From the IMG/VR virus record IMGVR_UViG_2757320370_000007, positions 1 through 64,000 of that record: a DNA stretch of 64,000 bases; one strand, given 5' to 3'. Positions 22,501-35,342 of the stretch are shown here, piece after piece. Under the pieces are notes generated by a model. That model searched no databases and had not been told where the DNA came from. It was given only the letters and a program-made list of their open reading frames with translations. Each line of letters opens with the position of its first letter. The first letter of the stretch is position 1. The translations under genes were made by a program, and so were the position numbers. The stretch is from a virus.

Positions 22501-22860
22501 CTATTCGCTTCTACTAATTCCTGCATTAGCCCAGAACACGCTCTGCTCAAGGTTCGTCATAGCCAATGATTTTTCACGACCATTTGGAACCATTTCTTCG
22601 ATTAGATAGGCGAGTTCTTTTGCCATATCTCTAATAGACTGATATTTTTCTGGCTGACCCTCTTTTGGAGAGTGGTAAGAAAAGTTATTTTCAATTGTCG
22701 GTCTGAAACGATTCTTCACAAAAAATGCTACCTCGTCGATGATCATGTGCTTAAAAATATAGGTATAATCATCATAAATGTATTCCATATTCCCGCTAAT
22801 TTCAGACTTTTCTACTTCTCCGATATACTTTCCTGTATATAATTCAACACACCTAATCAT
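22501..22860 (-). CDS. Acb2/Tad1-like hairpin domain protein (candidate signal sponge)
   Basis: C-terminal FSYH.P...Y..IR...P.GREKSLAMTNLEQSVFWANAGISR pattern, recognised from memory. Confidence 0.6.
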   Translation of the reverse strand: MIRCVELYTGKYIGEVEKSEISGNMEYIYDDYTYIFKHMIIDEVAFFVKNRFRPTIENNFSYHSPKEGQPEKYQSIRDMAKELAYLIEEMVPNGREKSLAMTNLEQSVFWANAGISRSE

Positions 22861-22902
22861 TTGATCTCTCCCTTTAGTTGATAAATTATTATTTTTACGA
22901 TA

Positions 22903-23379
22903 TTATTGCTCAATCCGAATCTTAAAAATATCGCCATTCTCATTATAGGAATGAATACTGAATACTGAATCAAATGTACTTGGTTCGCCTTCATTACAAG
23001 ATGTAAAGTCAATCGCTCCGTTTGTTTTGGCATTTGGAATATTAAAGTACACTTCCTTATCTTCCTTTGTATCATCAGTACGATAAAGTGTTTTAGCAAT
23101 GAGTTTGCATTTCTTTACTAGTTTTGGATTATAGGATATTTCTTTAAAATCCTTCTCATTATTTAATTCTTTTTCATAGTCGCTTCTATTATTTTTAACT
23201 TCAGCATGAGAAAATTCGAGAAGATCATAATTCAATAAGGCATCTTTAATGTACAGATATGGAGAGTATCCTTGAGATGTCTTGAGATAACTTTGTTTAA
23301 GACTATCTAAGTGAGCAACTTTATTTCCATTTTCGTCAAATACCAGCAGTTCAATTACTTCGCGTGTTCCATAATTCAT
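22903..23379 (-). CDS. Phage hypothetical protein
   Basis: AAGGAG RBS before MNYGTRE. Confidence 0.7.
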   Translation of the reverse strand: MNYGTREVIELLVFDENGNKVAHLDSLKQSYLKTSQGYSPYLYIKDALLNYDLLEFSHAEVKNNRSDYEKELNNEKDFKEISYNPKLVKKCKLIAKTLYRTDDTKEDKEVYFNIPNAKTNGAIDFTSCNEGEPSTFDSVFSIHSYNENGDIFKIRIEQ

Positions 23380-24121
23380 TTTATTTCTCCTTTTAATATG
23401 TATTTTCACTTTATAAAACTTATTTCTTACTTAAGCCGATCATACCAAACTCTCTGATCAAACTCTCTCCAAGCTTCCTTCCAAAACTTCTCATCCAGAG
23501 TATCCATTTTCTTAAATTCCTTCACTCCGATGAATTCCTTTAACTTCTTCTTCACATAAGCATCCTCATGCAAATTCACCTCATTCTCGCTTCCCATATC
23601 ATTCTTGAAACAATCATACAGCGCATCTCCCAAACTTATGTATGTTTTATTTGTCATTGTTTAATCTTTTTAACACCTCCCCATTCTCCAATTTCATATC
23701 CTTCGGGAAGCTCATCGATAATATCCCATCGACTTAATATATTCTCTTTCCTATCCCCTAAACTTTTACAGAAAACATTATTCTCGTCATACCAATGTAC
23801 TGATCCACCAAACATTGAATATTCTAGTGTTCCAAATCTTCCATCTTTCTTATGTTTCAGGATTTCCAATTAATCACCACCTTTTATACTCATATTTTAA
23901 TTATATGTTTACTTTATAAGTCTGTCAACAAGTTTCACAATCGATTCTTTGCTGCTCATAATCATCAGTAAAATATGGGCAACTCGTAGCACGGAATATG
24001 TATTTACCATTGTCTGAGACCGGAGTAATGTTGTCAAACATTCTGAAGTAATCATTGTACTGAAGCTTGTAGAGCATAGTTGGAACCCACTCATCATTAA
24101 CTAGTTTCTGGAATGTTCTCA

Positions 24122-24448
24122 TTAATTCTGAAATAAAAAATCGTTTTCTTCAGTTACAATTTCTTTAATATTCATCATAATTTTATCCGAGGTCATATTC
24201 ACATCAGGAACGAAAGTTAATGCTTCAGCTACAGAATAACTACCATCTCTGTTTGCTTGTTGTGTTGATACTTGAACCAAGCAACCATTGGGCAAATTGC
24301 ACACTTTTGTTGATTTCATCCAGCCTTGAGATTCAGAACTTGCCTTACAAAGTAGAGCGAAAGTATCTCCATCTCCAACAACTTTGATATCTGAAACTTT
24401 CTTTTTTGCATCTTCAATACTATCAACTGACAGGTTTTTATTTTCCAT
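24122..24448 (-). CDS. Conserved phage protein, possibly Acb4-like cyclic-nucleotide sponge
   Basis: GDGD.F.L.CKASS..QGWMKSTK, GCLVQVSTQQ, VAEALTFVP; family assignment from memory. Confidence 0.5.
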   Translation of the reverse strand: MENKNLSVDSIEDAKKKVSDIKVVGDGDTFALLCKASSESQGWMKSTKVCNLPNGCLVQVSTQQANRDGSYSVAEALTFVPDVNMTSDKIMMNIKEIVTEENDFLFQN

Positions 24449-24763
24449 TATTAATCATCCTTTTTATTTTATTTATGTTCTGATCAAAGATACATTTTAT
24501 TTACTTCACATTTTCCCAGTTCTAAAACGTCTTTCCATCATTTTTTTGATTCCATCACTATCTTCTAGTGTTTTCTTCACTTCTTCATTTGTCGACATAG
24601 TATCAATTAGGTCATTAAAGAATTCTAATTCTACTCCCTTAAAAATCTTGCCAGCCTTTGTTCGTAATTCGCTTTTTTTCATTATTGTCTCCTTCATACT
24701 CTTAATAAAATTTGACTTTCGTGTGCTTTTCAGTGTTAGAAATCCCTTATAAAACAAGGTTTT

Positions 24764-26735
24764 TTATTTCAATAGGTTCGCAATCTCATCGAGTTCAAGT
24801 TCAACTTTTTTATCATCGGAGAGTAACTTATCAAGTTTTGATTCCATTGCCTTTAGCTTCTGTTCTTCGTCTTTTCTATTCAGAATTTCAAATTTCAATT
24901 TCAAGTCTGTAATCCAATCCTGGACATGATAGCCGCTAACATTATATGATTCCAGCACTCCTAAATCTTTAGCAGACAGTACATAAGCGTTTAACTTAAT
25001 AAGAAGGTTAAGAATTTGTTCTTTCTGTAGTACTTGAATATTATGTCGTACTCCATCAATTTCAATTGAGCAGTTAGTAATTGGTGTAAACTTTTGAGAC
25101 TTACTTAGTTTCTCTTTCTTAACTTCAATTTGTTTCTTCAGTTCAAGAATCTTTTGATCATTTGGGTTTGCCATTATTCTTCATCTCCACTCTGAAATAG
25201 TTTTCCATTTACAAGATATTGATCTCTGTATCTAGGTTTGTATTGCTCCCACAAATCTTCAAGCGATCCGCTGAATATAGTCACATTTTCCATAGAATAT
25301 CCACCGTAATTCCATTTTGAAGTTACTTTTTTTCTAATTCTTAAGTTAAAAGAATTATTATCTTTTGCATCACCAATCACTTCAGCAGCACTATCTATAT
25401 CATTTCCGATATAAATACTTGTGCTGTAATGCCATGCATAATTTCCAATTTTAGTCCTGATCTTTTCACAGAATCTATCTTTCGTGTAATAGACGAATTC
25501 ATCTTTTGACTCATCTTGTGGAGAATAATATGATTTGTGCTCAAGTAAGTCGAACATATAAGCATATCGTTCAGTACATTCCTCAGACAAACAGCCTATA
25601 ACTCTATCGCCTAATGATTTAAGTTGAATAGCATACAAGTCCGGTTTTTTACGATAATTTGTGGTCTCACTAGCAAAGATATAATGTTTGCCTTTGTTAA
25701 CCACTTTGTATCTACTTTCTTCTCCCTGTTCCCCTCGAATCCACTTTCTATCCCAATAATCAAACCTCCCCATGTACACCAGTTCTTGATTATCTTTTGT
25801 TTTATATGTAGCTCCAATAATCAATTCTTTTGACTTAATATACTCTTTGTTGTGCAGAATCTTATTGAATGAACTTATTTCTTGATAGTCTGGAGATTCT
25901 ACAGGTATCAGCACTAACTCCTTCCCTTCCCAAGCATATACAAATTCTCCTTCTAGTCCCTTCCCTTTGATTGAGTTAGCATTTTCTAGGATGTAAAGTA
26001 AATTCTCAATAGTAATTTCAAACTCAAATCCTCTTGGGTCATATACTCTCACGTATGCCTGTCGATGATTCCAGTCAGACACATAGTCTCCAACCTTCTT
26101 ATTCAACACAAAGCCTGATGTTGGTTCATTCTCATAGTCTACCGGATCGATATTATTGTCTCTCCAGCTTTCCCAGGAAGCTTTCTTTCTCAATACTCCT
26201 TTGTGATCTTCATAAATTACGTAAGCCAATTTCTTGGTATATGTATTATCGCGATTCTGAAATCCAACTTTAATTTTAGTTGGAATGAATATATTTGTTT
26301 TCAATTTAGCACTCCTTTTAAGGATTCCATTTCATTTTGAATCTCAGCAATCTTCTTGTCATAATATTTCATTTTGGATTCTTTGGCAGATTCAAAATCT
26401 ATAATTATTGTTTTACATTGTTTCTTATAATGCTTTACACATTCTTTTTCATCGTAGAAGATATTGAGTGATGTTCCAGTTAGTGATCGATATCCAGTGT
26501 TATCATATGGAGCAATCACTTGTGCTAACGGTTTGCCATTCTTCCCAAATGGCCTAAAGTGAAATTCCGAATAATATACAGTTTTATTACTTGGCAATTC
26601 TTCATTGCTTACGACCATAACTTTGGTGGGCTTAACATGACGGATTGGTTGATTATCAATATCGTTAAATCGATAATCGCATATCCAGACTTCTTCTCCA
26701 ATCTTGACTACTTTGTTATACTCAGTGTGATTCAA
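24764..26735 (-). CDS. Three translationally coupled phage hypothetical genes (24764-25174, 25174-26304, 26301-26735)
   Basis: Overlapping stop/start codons; KVGFQNR...KLAYVIY, DPRGFEFEI motifs. Confidence 0.75.
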
Positions 26736-29426
26736 TTATAAGCCCTCCCAATTATTTATTCCTAACTTCTATTGATTTCTTCAATAGCCACACCACTTAG
26801 CCTCATAATATCCAACAACATATTTGGTATGTTTTCTCTTACACATTCCCATCCATACAGAGTAACACCATAATATGCACCTTCTACTTCAGCATCTTCA
26901 TCAAACATATCTCCTCGAAGTCGAATCATTCTTTCTTTAAAATTTTCTTGTCCAATGCAATTGTATTCTTTATCGTAAACATCATATATTTCATCGTCTT
27001 CTTCTTTGTATTTATATGATGTAATTATCTTACCTTCATTTCCAGCTACTGGATCAGATTTTAGCCATTCATACACTTCTTCATCTGATTTAGCTTGCAG
27101 ATAGGTTACTATTCCGGCTTTACTGTCTTTTGGAGCAAAATGCTCAAACATAATTTTATATAGATTCATTTTTAATACGCCCTTCCTTCATATTAACGAT
27201 CTTAATTATTTCATTATATTTATTGCTATCAAAATGAATACTGTTCCTAATAAATGAGCCATATTCTTTTTGGTTATATAATTCCTTAAGTTCTTTAGTA
27301 CACTTTTTAAAGTTTGAAAGCCCTGCAAACAACACTAGAACTGGGAAAAGAATAGTTGTTAGAGCAATGGCAATATTATTTGTGAAGCTGTGAAGAATAA
27401 CCCCTTGATCACTATAATAATATTCATATTTATCATTCCACTTGATTTGACGATATTTGAATAATGAATTATGCTGCTCCTTTGTTAATTGGAATTTTAT
27501 GTACCCATATTCGGTTGGACATTTATATTTATAGTTAGACACTTAGTACCTCCATTTATGTCTTGCTTTCTGTTCCTCTTGTCCCAATCTTTTAAAATGG
27601 CATTCCAACATTCATCTGATCCCTTTAATAATAGATAGTCTGGAATTTTGTACGTATCTTGTACCCCATATTGACCAAGTTCAATAATATAATGTCCATT
27701 TGTTATCTCCCCCTCCACCCATTTTGCATATTCAATGTTTTTCTCTTTATGCGACAGCTTAGTCCATTGATCATATAACTCTTGTGCGGTGTCAATATAG
27801 TTCAATCTTAGTTTTGAGTACATAACTTTGATCCTCCTTATTATAAAATACGCCTTTTACCGACTTCCTCGTTGATCTACAAGCTCTTTAATTAGCAAAT
27901 CATGCAACTCTCTACTAATACTCTTCCATTCCATGTCTTTATCTGTTCTAATGCCAATGCTAAACGAGTCTGTTACTGTATCTGTACAAATTCTTACCGA
28001 TCCATTATTTACTTTAAGAATCGTCGTCCCTCTTTGTCCTGATAGCACACTACCCCACTCCTTTCCTTCTCTATGAAATCTCTCTTTTACGCAAACTCTA
28101 AATAATTTATTGCCTCAATAACATCTATGTTCATCTAAGCACCAACCTCATGTTGAATCGACTCAATATCTGAAATCAGTTTCGTTGTTTCTTCGATATA
28201 TTCTGGATACTCATTTTTAAGATAATCTACAGCAATCCATTCGCTCAAATCAAACCTTGCTTTTTCAAGCAGATTTAGTATTTCTTTCATCTGATCAACT
28301 ATACCCATCAATCATTCTCCTAAGCCCAATATTCAACTGCATCTTCAAAATCAATCCAGAATGTTTCATTCATCTCCGTATCAGTCTCAACATCATAAAA
28401 TTGAATCAACATTTCATTCCGATGATCTTCTTTAACGACAAAGCCTTCAGGGTGCAATTTCCAGCCGTTAGGAAAGGGTGCTCCCACCTATTGAGTTTCT
28501 GAAATACCTCATTTTCCGTTGAGGCAAGCCTACAAACAAATCCAGTGTAATCTTTTGTATCATTGTATCCTTCAATTCTTTCAGCCATTAATACTCATCA
28601 TCTCCCGACTCTTCGATTTCATCAATTTTTGTTCTCAACAATTCAATGTCATCATCTAATTCCGCAACATTTGCCATCAATAGATTTATTTGAAGTTGTA
28701 ACCTTGTTCTCGTTTCGATTTTGGAGCCTAATTCATCAATCAATAAGTCATAATCATTCATGCCGCCCATTCCTTTCAGTATCAAATATATCTTTCATCA
28801 GTATTAATACCTTATCACAGGTCTATCTTTCCAATCTCTTTTCCTATCAAGAACATATTTACCTCTATACTTGTCAGACAACTTAAGATTTTTCTGGGCT
28901 TCAAGCATGTCAATTTTTTCTGAAATGTCTCTGCGTTGTTTATATAGCTTATCTAGTTGTTCATATATCTGTTCCAATGTTGGATTTAGGTTGATCATTT
29001 CATACACCCTTTATATATTATTGTTTGATTGCTTCTAGCAAACAATCAAGCGCTTCAGCAATATATCCATCCTCTTTATATTCAACGCTTAGTTGTTGAT
29101 ACACACCTTCAATCTGATTATAAGCTCGATACAAAATATCTTTTTGCTCCTTGTTAATGTTCTTGGTTTTGATCACTGTTCATTCCTCCTTTTATTTGAG
29201 ATAAAAGCATTATTTCATTAGTCACACGACTAATCTATAAATTCATAATGCCCATGCTGGACGACATCAGGACCATCAGCCCAAACTTGGATACCTATAA
29301 ATGAGTATATATTTTCATCTCTTACGAGGAATTGTTCCCCAACTTCGTACCAATTGTAATCTTCTCTTTTAATCACTCTAATATTTTTCATTTTATATTT
29401 TCCTTTCTTATACATTATTAATCTGA

Positions 29427-29765
29427 TTATAACTTTATATTTGACCCTTTCTCACATTCTTTAAGATATGCTTCAGCCCAACAACTTTTACAGAATGATT
29501 TTCCTTCTAGTGATTCTGGAAAAGGAAACACCATGCCTCTTTTATATATATTTCTTGTTTTTGTTCCACATTTATCGCATTCATGATAAACAATCTTATC
29601 TGCACTGTAACTAGGTTCAAATTCAACAGTCACTTCAAACTCTTCGTCACATTTCTGACATTCCCAATCCAACTTATTGTCGTCTGATAAACCATCAGTT
29701 AAGGCATGAGACATGTCATTTTCGTATCCACAATAGGGGCAATCCACTGTATCGTAAATATTCAA
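29427..29765 (-). CDS. Zn-finger protein (four CxxC)
   Basis: CPYC, CQKC, CDKC, CKSC. Confidence 0.65.
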   Translation of the reverse strand: MNIYDTVDCPYCGYENDMSHALTDGLSDDNKLDWECQKCDEEFEVTVEFEPSYSADKIVYHECDKCGTKTRNIYKRGMVFPFPESLEGKSFCKSCWAEAYLKECEKGSNIKL

Positions 29766-31040
29766 TTCCTCCTTTCTAAATCAAACTTGTATTCTATCAG
29801 GTTTTTATTTTGCTAATGCAGCAAGTTCTTCCCATCGTTTTCTCACATTTGGACTAGTCATTCCATCATCATTTTCTAGTTTCTCTTTCGCTACTTTCCC
29901 CACCTCAGGTTTCCAATCTTCTATCCATTCACGCACCTGATTAATTAAATCATACTGGGGATAAAGAAGTTTGCTGCCATCAACGATTCCAAAAGGTCCT
30001 TCAATTCCTTTTGTTTTTCTTATAAATTCCATCCCAGACCAACCGCATTGAAATCCAGTCATACCTTGCTTTGAAGCAAAATAATTGAACATTGCAACCG
30101 TTACATTGGCAAGTGATTCAGCAATTGTATTGTAGTCATGACTTTGATTTTCTTGCTCATGTAAATAACTAATTAATTCTTCTTCCGTTGTAGGCCAAGC
30201 ACCATACTTTCCATCTTTCAAATAAATCATCCTTTTTTATATGTATTTTTAGTTACTGATGAAACAGTTCTTTTACGATGGAATGTACCTCTTAAAGCCC
30301 AATAGAATCAATGCTTTCTCAAATCAAATTCCCTCAAAGTATCGGCAATCTCATCACTTGAAGCAAAACTCGGCTTTTTGTGATTAACCTTACCACTCAA
30401 CCTTTTAATGTATTCTACATCTCTGTCTGATCCAACTTCTGGACCAACGTAAATTGTTTTGTCTTTCATATTTCCACCCACTCAACCTAATATGTATAAC
30501 AGCCCTTGCGATACTGTTTTCCTTTGTACTTATATTTAGCAATAAAAGTTTTTACGAGTACTGTTCCGTTGGCAATCTTTTCTAAAACCAATGTTCCATA
30601 CTTTGTCATCCAACGAATCTTGCCCGTAAAGTTTAAACCGGAAACCTCTCTTGCGAGAGATCTCCAATTAACTCCACTTTCGATGCAGCGTTGTAAAGAG
30701 TGCTTACTAAACTTAATTTGTGAGGTATTCATAAGTTTCACCGTTTCTTAGCAGCTTTCAAATCTCGTTGCTTTTTATTTTTGGTGAGAGGGCTGCCTCC
30801 CTTTGCCATAGATTTGTCAGGTAGAATATAACCGAAAATCAATCCTTCTTTTTTACAATGTACTTTGGCTTCATTCTCGGCTCCGAGTCGATCTGTAGAT
30901 ACAAAGTCCTTGATTACCTTACTAGTTCCACTTTGAGTTGTTGCGATTCCGTAGAATTTAGTCATATGTATTTGATCTCCCTTGGTCTCTTTATTATAGT
31001 TTATATTATTTATTTTGTATATATGTTTATTTTATAAATA

Positions 31041-32700
31041 TTAAATCTTTTCTCTGTAATCCTCAATAAATAACTGCATTGTCTTTGTGATTTTAAACTT
31101 TGGCTTATATTGCTTCCAATAATTCATATTCAGTGTTCCAATCGCTTCAATCTCAGTGAATACTGGAACGCTGTCGAAGTACTCTGAATCAGTCTTAAAC
31201 TTCATAAGTTGCAGAGTATCACAGTCAATTTTAACGGTGTTGAGGGACTTGCCCATTAGTTTCTTGTCTGAGATGAATAATCCCTTAATGAGAAATTTGC
31301 CCTCTTTAAAATGATTTCCTGTGACACGATAGAACTCAGACAGGTAATTAATTAGTTTTTCATCAATCTGGTCAACATCAAATTCTAAATCATAATACAT
31401 GGAATTGTCTGCTTCAAAATTATCTAACTTCTCATTCAGCTCTTGACGCAATAATTCGAGATTTGTTTTGTAGATCTGTAGTCCTCCTGCTGCGGGATGG
31501 CCTCCAGTGTAAAATACATTGTCACAGCTATCAAGTAAATCTAACATTGAGAAATCTTCTAGTCCCCGAAAACTTCCTGCGTATGTATCTTCATTGTCAC
31601 CTTCGCCAAGTACGATTGCTGGCCTATTAAATGATTTGGACAATTTCTGTCCCACTAATCCATTCATCCCTTTACCAAGCGTTGGATCAAATACAATTAC
31701 GACTTTATCATTCTCGTCGACAAATGGCTTCAACGCTCTTAACGCTTCTGTCTGGACTTCCTTGCGTCTTTCATTTGCCTTGACAAGTTCTTTTGCTAGT
31801 CCTTTAATCTCAGGACTATCCGTATCGCACATCAAAAAGTCAATTGCTAACTTAATATTATCAAATCTTGTAGCAGCCGTTACAGCAGGGCTTACACCGT
31901 ACAGAAAATCAGTTGCAGATAGATTATTGAGGTCAAAATTCATAGCCTCAAATAACGTTCTAAGTCCTGCATGACGTAGGCTTTTAAGAGACAGCTTGGC
32001 ATAATATCTGTTTTCTAGTTCCATCATCGACATCATATCAGCCATTAGTGAGAATCCTGGCAAGTCATCGAGTTTATTTGCATAGTATGTATCCATGTAA
32101 TCGTCTATTACTTGGCAAACTTTAAAAACCAAGAGTCCACCACAAGCATTTTTATTGGGATACTCGCAACCATTTTGCTGCGGATTCACCAAAATCGCAT
32201 ATGGATTTTCAACAGTGACACTGTGGTGATCAATAATTAAACAGTCAATCCCTTTAGATGTTAGCAATTTCATAGTCTCTACATCATTTGATGAGCTGTC
32301 TACTGCAATCAAAAGTTTAGTTTGTTTGGGTATCTGCTCAATCAATCCCTCAATTGAATGACCTTCAGATCTTTCATTACAGACATAATATACTTCGTCA
32401 GTGAAATTCAATAAATACTTATACATAGTCACTAACGAAGTTACTCCATCGTAATCCTAACTAATCGGGGTCGCCAGTAATCGTAATAGGCTCACGGTTG
32501 CGAATAGCCAGAATGATTCGGCTTGCCAATGCATCAATATTTTTAAGTAAATATGAATCACAAATCACATTAGAGAGTGGATTCAGAAATTGATCAATAT
32601 TAGTGATTCCATTTAGTTTTGCAAGTTTAGAATATGTATTATCATATGAATCAAACGGTGTAACAGGTTTGCGTTGCTTCCATTTCAATGGTTCGATCAC
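31041..32700 (-). CDS. recJ: RecJ/YorK-like DHH ssDNA exonuclease, interrupted by 10 nt at 32454-32463
   Basis: GDPD*...YDG motif I, VDSSS, IDHH, ADMM, GSFR, GGHPAAGG; joined product 549 aa. Confidence 0.88.
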
Positions 32701-34407
32701 TCCTTAATACAAATTTTATCTAATTGTTATTTTGAATTTTTCAGGCATTGTAATATTGTGGTAGTTGTTCATTGCAGCCATGAATTTATACGTAAGCTTC
32801 TTGCTTTCGCGTCCAGTGAATTTGTCGATGATTCTGATATTTACCTTTCTGTTCATATCTATCACTCTCCAGATCAAATATTTAATTACTTAGTACCTAT
32901 ACTTCACTCTTATTGTAAATTCAGCGTTTTTCATTCGCTCAATCTGACTAATGGCGTCAGTAATTTTTTCTTTTATCTTTTTTGATCTACTAAAAAAATA
33001 GATTAATTTATATTTTCTAATCCTCTTTTGTAATAATGACTCAGAAGACCAAATATCAATTTCACTCATTGTTTACCACCTCCATGATTTGATCAAAGAT
33101 AAGTTTTACTTAATTATCTATATTGGACGACCTTCCACATCTTCCGCACTCTTCGCATTGACTAAGCGATTCTTCGTCCAGACATTGAGAACAAGCGTGT
33201 TTAAACCATTCTTCATCTCCCGGTCTAACAAGGAAATCATCTCCGCACTTAGCACAATATAATTTTTCAAACATCTTATGTTTATCTCCTCTCTACGTCC
33301 AATCAGGATTTAAATAATGAGCCAGTTCACTCACATATTTATCGTTTATGTATTCCGGTGTCAATCCTTCCATCAAACTTACTACGACTTCATATAGTGC
33401 GGTTTTGTAATCTGAATTATCAGCAAAATAAATTGCGCTTATTGCAGCATTTAGTGCTTCTCTAGCACTACCACTTAGATCATTGTCGATGAAGTTTTTC
33501 ATTAACTCATCCATTAGCTTCCCATTCTTTCATTGGCTTCATCGATTATTTCGTCAAAAATGCTCTGAAGATTTTTGGCTTGCTGATTCCATGAACGAAT
33601 ACCTTCTGGAGTAATTTCAATATCGCTATTCTGAAAGGTGGATGATAGATGTTGGATATCAATTTGAAACGCTCTAAACCTGTTGAAGAAATTCTGATCT
33701 GTATTGATTTTTGCCATTTCATTTTTCCCCCTTAAAATTTGATCAAAGTATGTTTTCATCGCCTATTCTTGGATGGCATCGCAGAACACTTTCCATTCTG
33801 TCTTCTTATTTCTTTGAACCTTTTTGATCCCCTTGTAATTTTGGCAAGCTCTTACTCCTCCAGGGAATTCACTAGAATAGATACAAGTACATTCCTCTCT
33901 CTTTTCTCCTTTGTTTTTACCAAACAACGATTCCACTTCTCTGCTACCATATTCTCTTTGAACTGGACACTCTGATTTCAATACATGAACCTCTTCAGTT
34001 CCACCACCAATTGCACAGCAGCTTGAGAAAATTTCTTTCTTCATTATTTCACCTCATCATTTGTTTAGAGCTTTAGTATTCGTCATTGTATTTAACAAAT
34101 TCATCTTCAGCACCTTCAAATGCTCTCTCGTATACACTGTCAAGCATTGTCACGATAAAATTGTCACCTGATTCAGTGTCTGCCTCATCGAGCAGATTTT
34201 CAATTAACCACTTAGCAAACTCTTTCCGTTTACCACGTCGAATTTTTGCTTCGTTCCAATTATTTGGGCTTGCATTAAAACCTCTTACAAGATTGCTGAT
34301 AGGCATCTCAATAATTACTTTTTCATTTGTTGATCTTACTGTAAAACCTGTAATGTTCTTATCTTCAATTTTCATTAATGAACTCACCCTTCTTCTGGGA
34401 TATATAT

Positions 34408-34734
34408 TTACATTTTTTTGTTTCCATGTTTATACGGTCTGCTTAGGTTGTACTTCATTTTTTCCTCGATTGCTGATTCTAAATCAATCTTATAATAGCC
34501 ACAAGCATCAAAAATCCTAATAATTACATCAGCAAACTCGATGGGAATGCCACAAGGTTTTTCATCTACATAAAATACATTATCGTATTCTTTACCATTT
34601 CGATGATCCTCAATTGCTTCAGAAAGCTCACTGTGCATAAGTGAAATTAGTTCACCAAAACTCTTAGGATTTTCCCACCAGCCATGATCAATAGCATTCT
34701 GATGAGCATCACTCACCAAATTATTAATATTCAT
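34408..34734 (-). CDS. MazG-like nucleotide pyrophosphohydrolase
   Basis: LMHSELSEAIE, IEFADVIIRIFD, KMKYNLSRPYKHG. Confidence 0.8.
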   Translation of the reverse strand: MNINNLVSDAHQNAIDHGWWENPKSFGELISLMHSELSEAIEDHRNGKEYDNVFYVDEKPCGIPIEFADVIIRIFDACGYYKIDLESAIEEKMKYNLSRPYKHGNKKM

Positions 34735-34796
34735 TCCATCAACTCTTTCATATGTATTTTCAACTCATGAAACTATTCTTTCATCAACACTCTCTA

Positions 34797-35342
34797 CTAA
34801 CCAACATAATTAGCAAACTCATTGCCTCTATCGCAAAACTCTTTAACCATCACCCTCACCAATCCAAATGACATACCTGAGTGACCTTGGCGCTCAATTT
34901 CTTTTTTTGCATCTTCGAGGCTACCATCTTCATTTAAAATTCTGACAATGTCCAAGCAGCATCCCAATTCCATGCCATGGTATAGATCGTTAAGTCTAAC
35001 AGGGACAATCTTATCCCAATAATCCCATTTATCTTGGTCTAGCACTTGTCTACCTCTTACTTTCCACTCTCCAATAAGAGAAGGGATACTTTCTTTGAAT
35101 TCAGCTTCTCTCTTCTCAGAATCCTCTCTCCATTTTCGTTGCGATTCGTCAAATTCATCTTTCGTCTTACCGATGATTTCTTTATATGCTCCGTCCATCG
35201 TAACAGTGTCTGAATATAGGGTGGTTCCATTAAATTCACCACATGCTAAGATGCCTTTATCCTTATATTCTAATAATTTGTGAACAGCACTCTCAATTGT
35301 GTTTTCCCAAGAAAATTCGATCTTCAAATATTGATTTTCCAA
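34797..35342 (-). CDS. Phage hypothetical protein
   Basis: GAGGAGG RBS; RLNDLYHGMEL, QGHSGMS. Confidence 0.7.
   Translation of the reverse strand: MENQYLKIEFSWENTIESAVHKLLEYKDKGILACGEFNGTTLYSDTVTMDGAYKEIIGKTKDEFDESQRKWREDSEKREAEFKESIPSLIGEWKVRGRQVLDQDKWDYWDKIVPVRLNDLYHGMELGCCLDIVRILNEDGSLEDAKKEIERQGHSGMSFGLVRVMVKEFCDRGNEFANYVG

Noticed and set aside
28135-28290. Suspected frameshift in an A-run
   Set aside because: Recounting shows an intact ORF shorter than the 60-aa track cutoff
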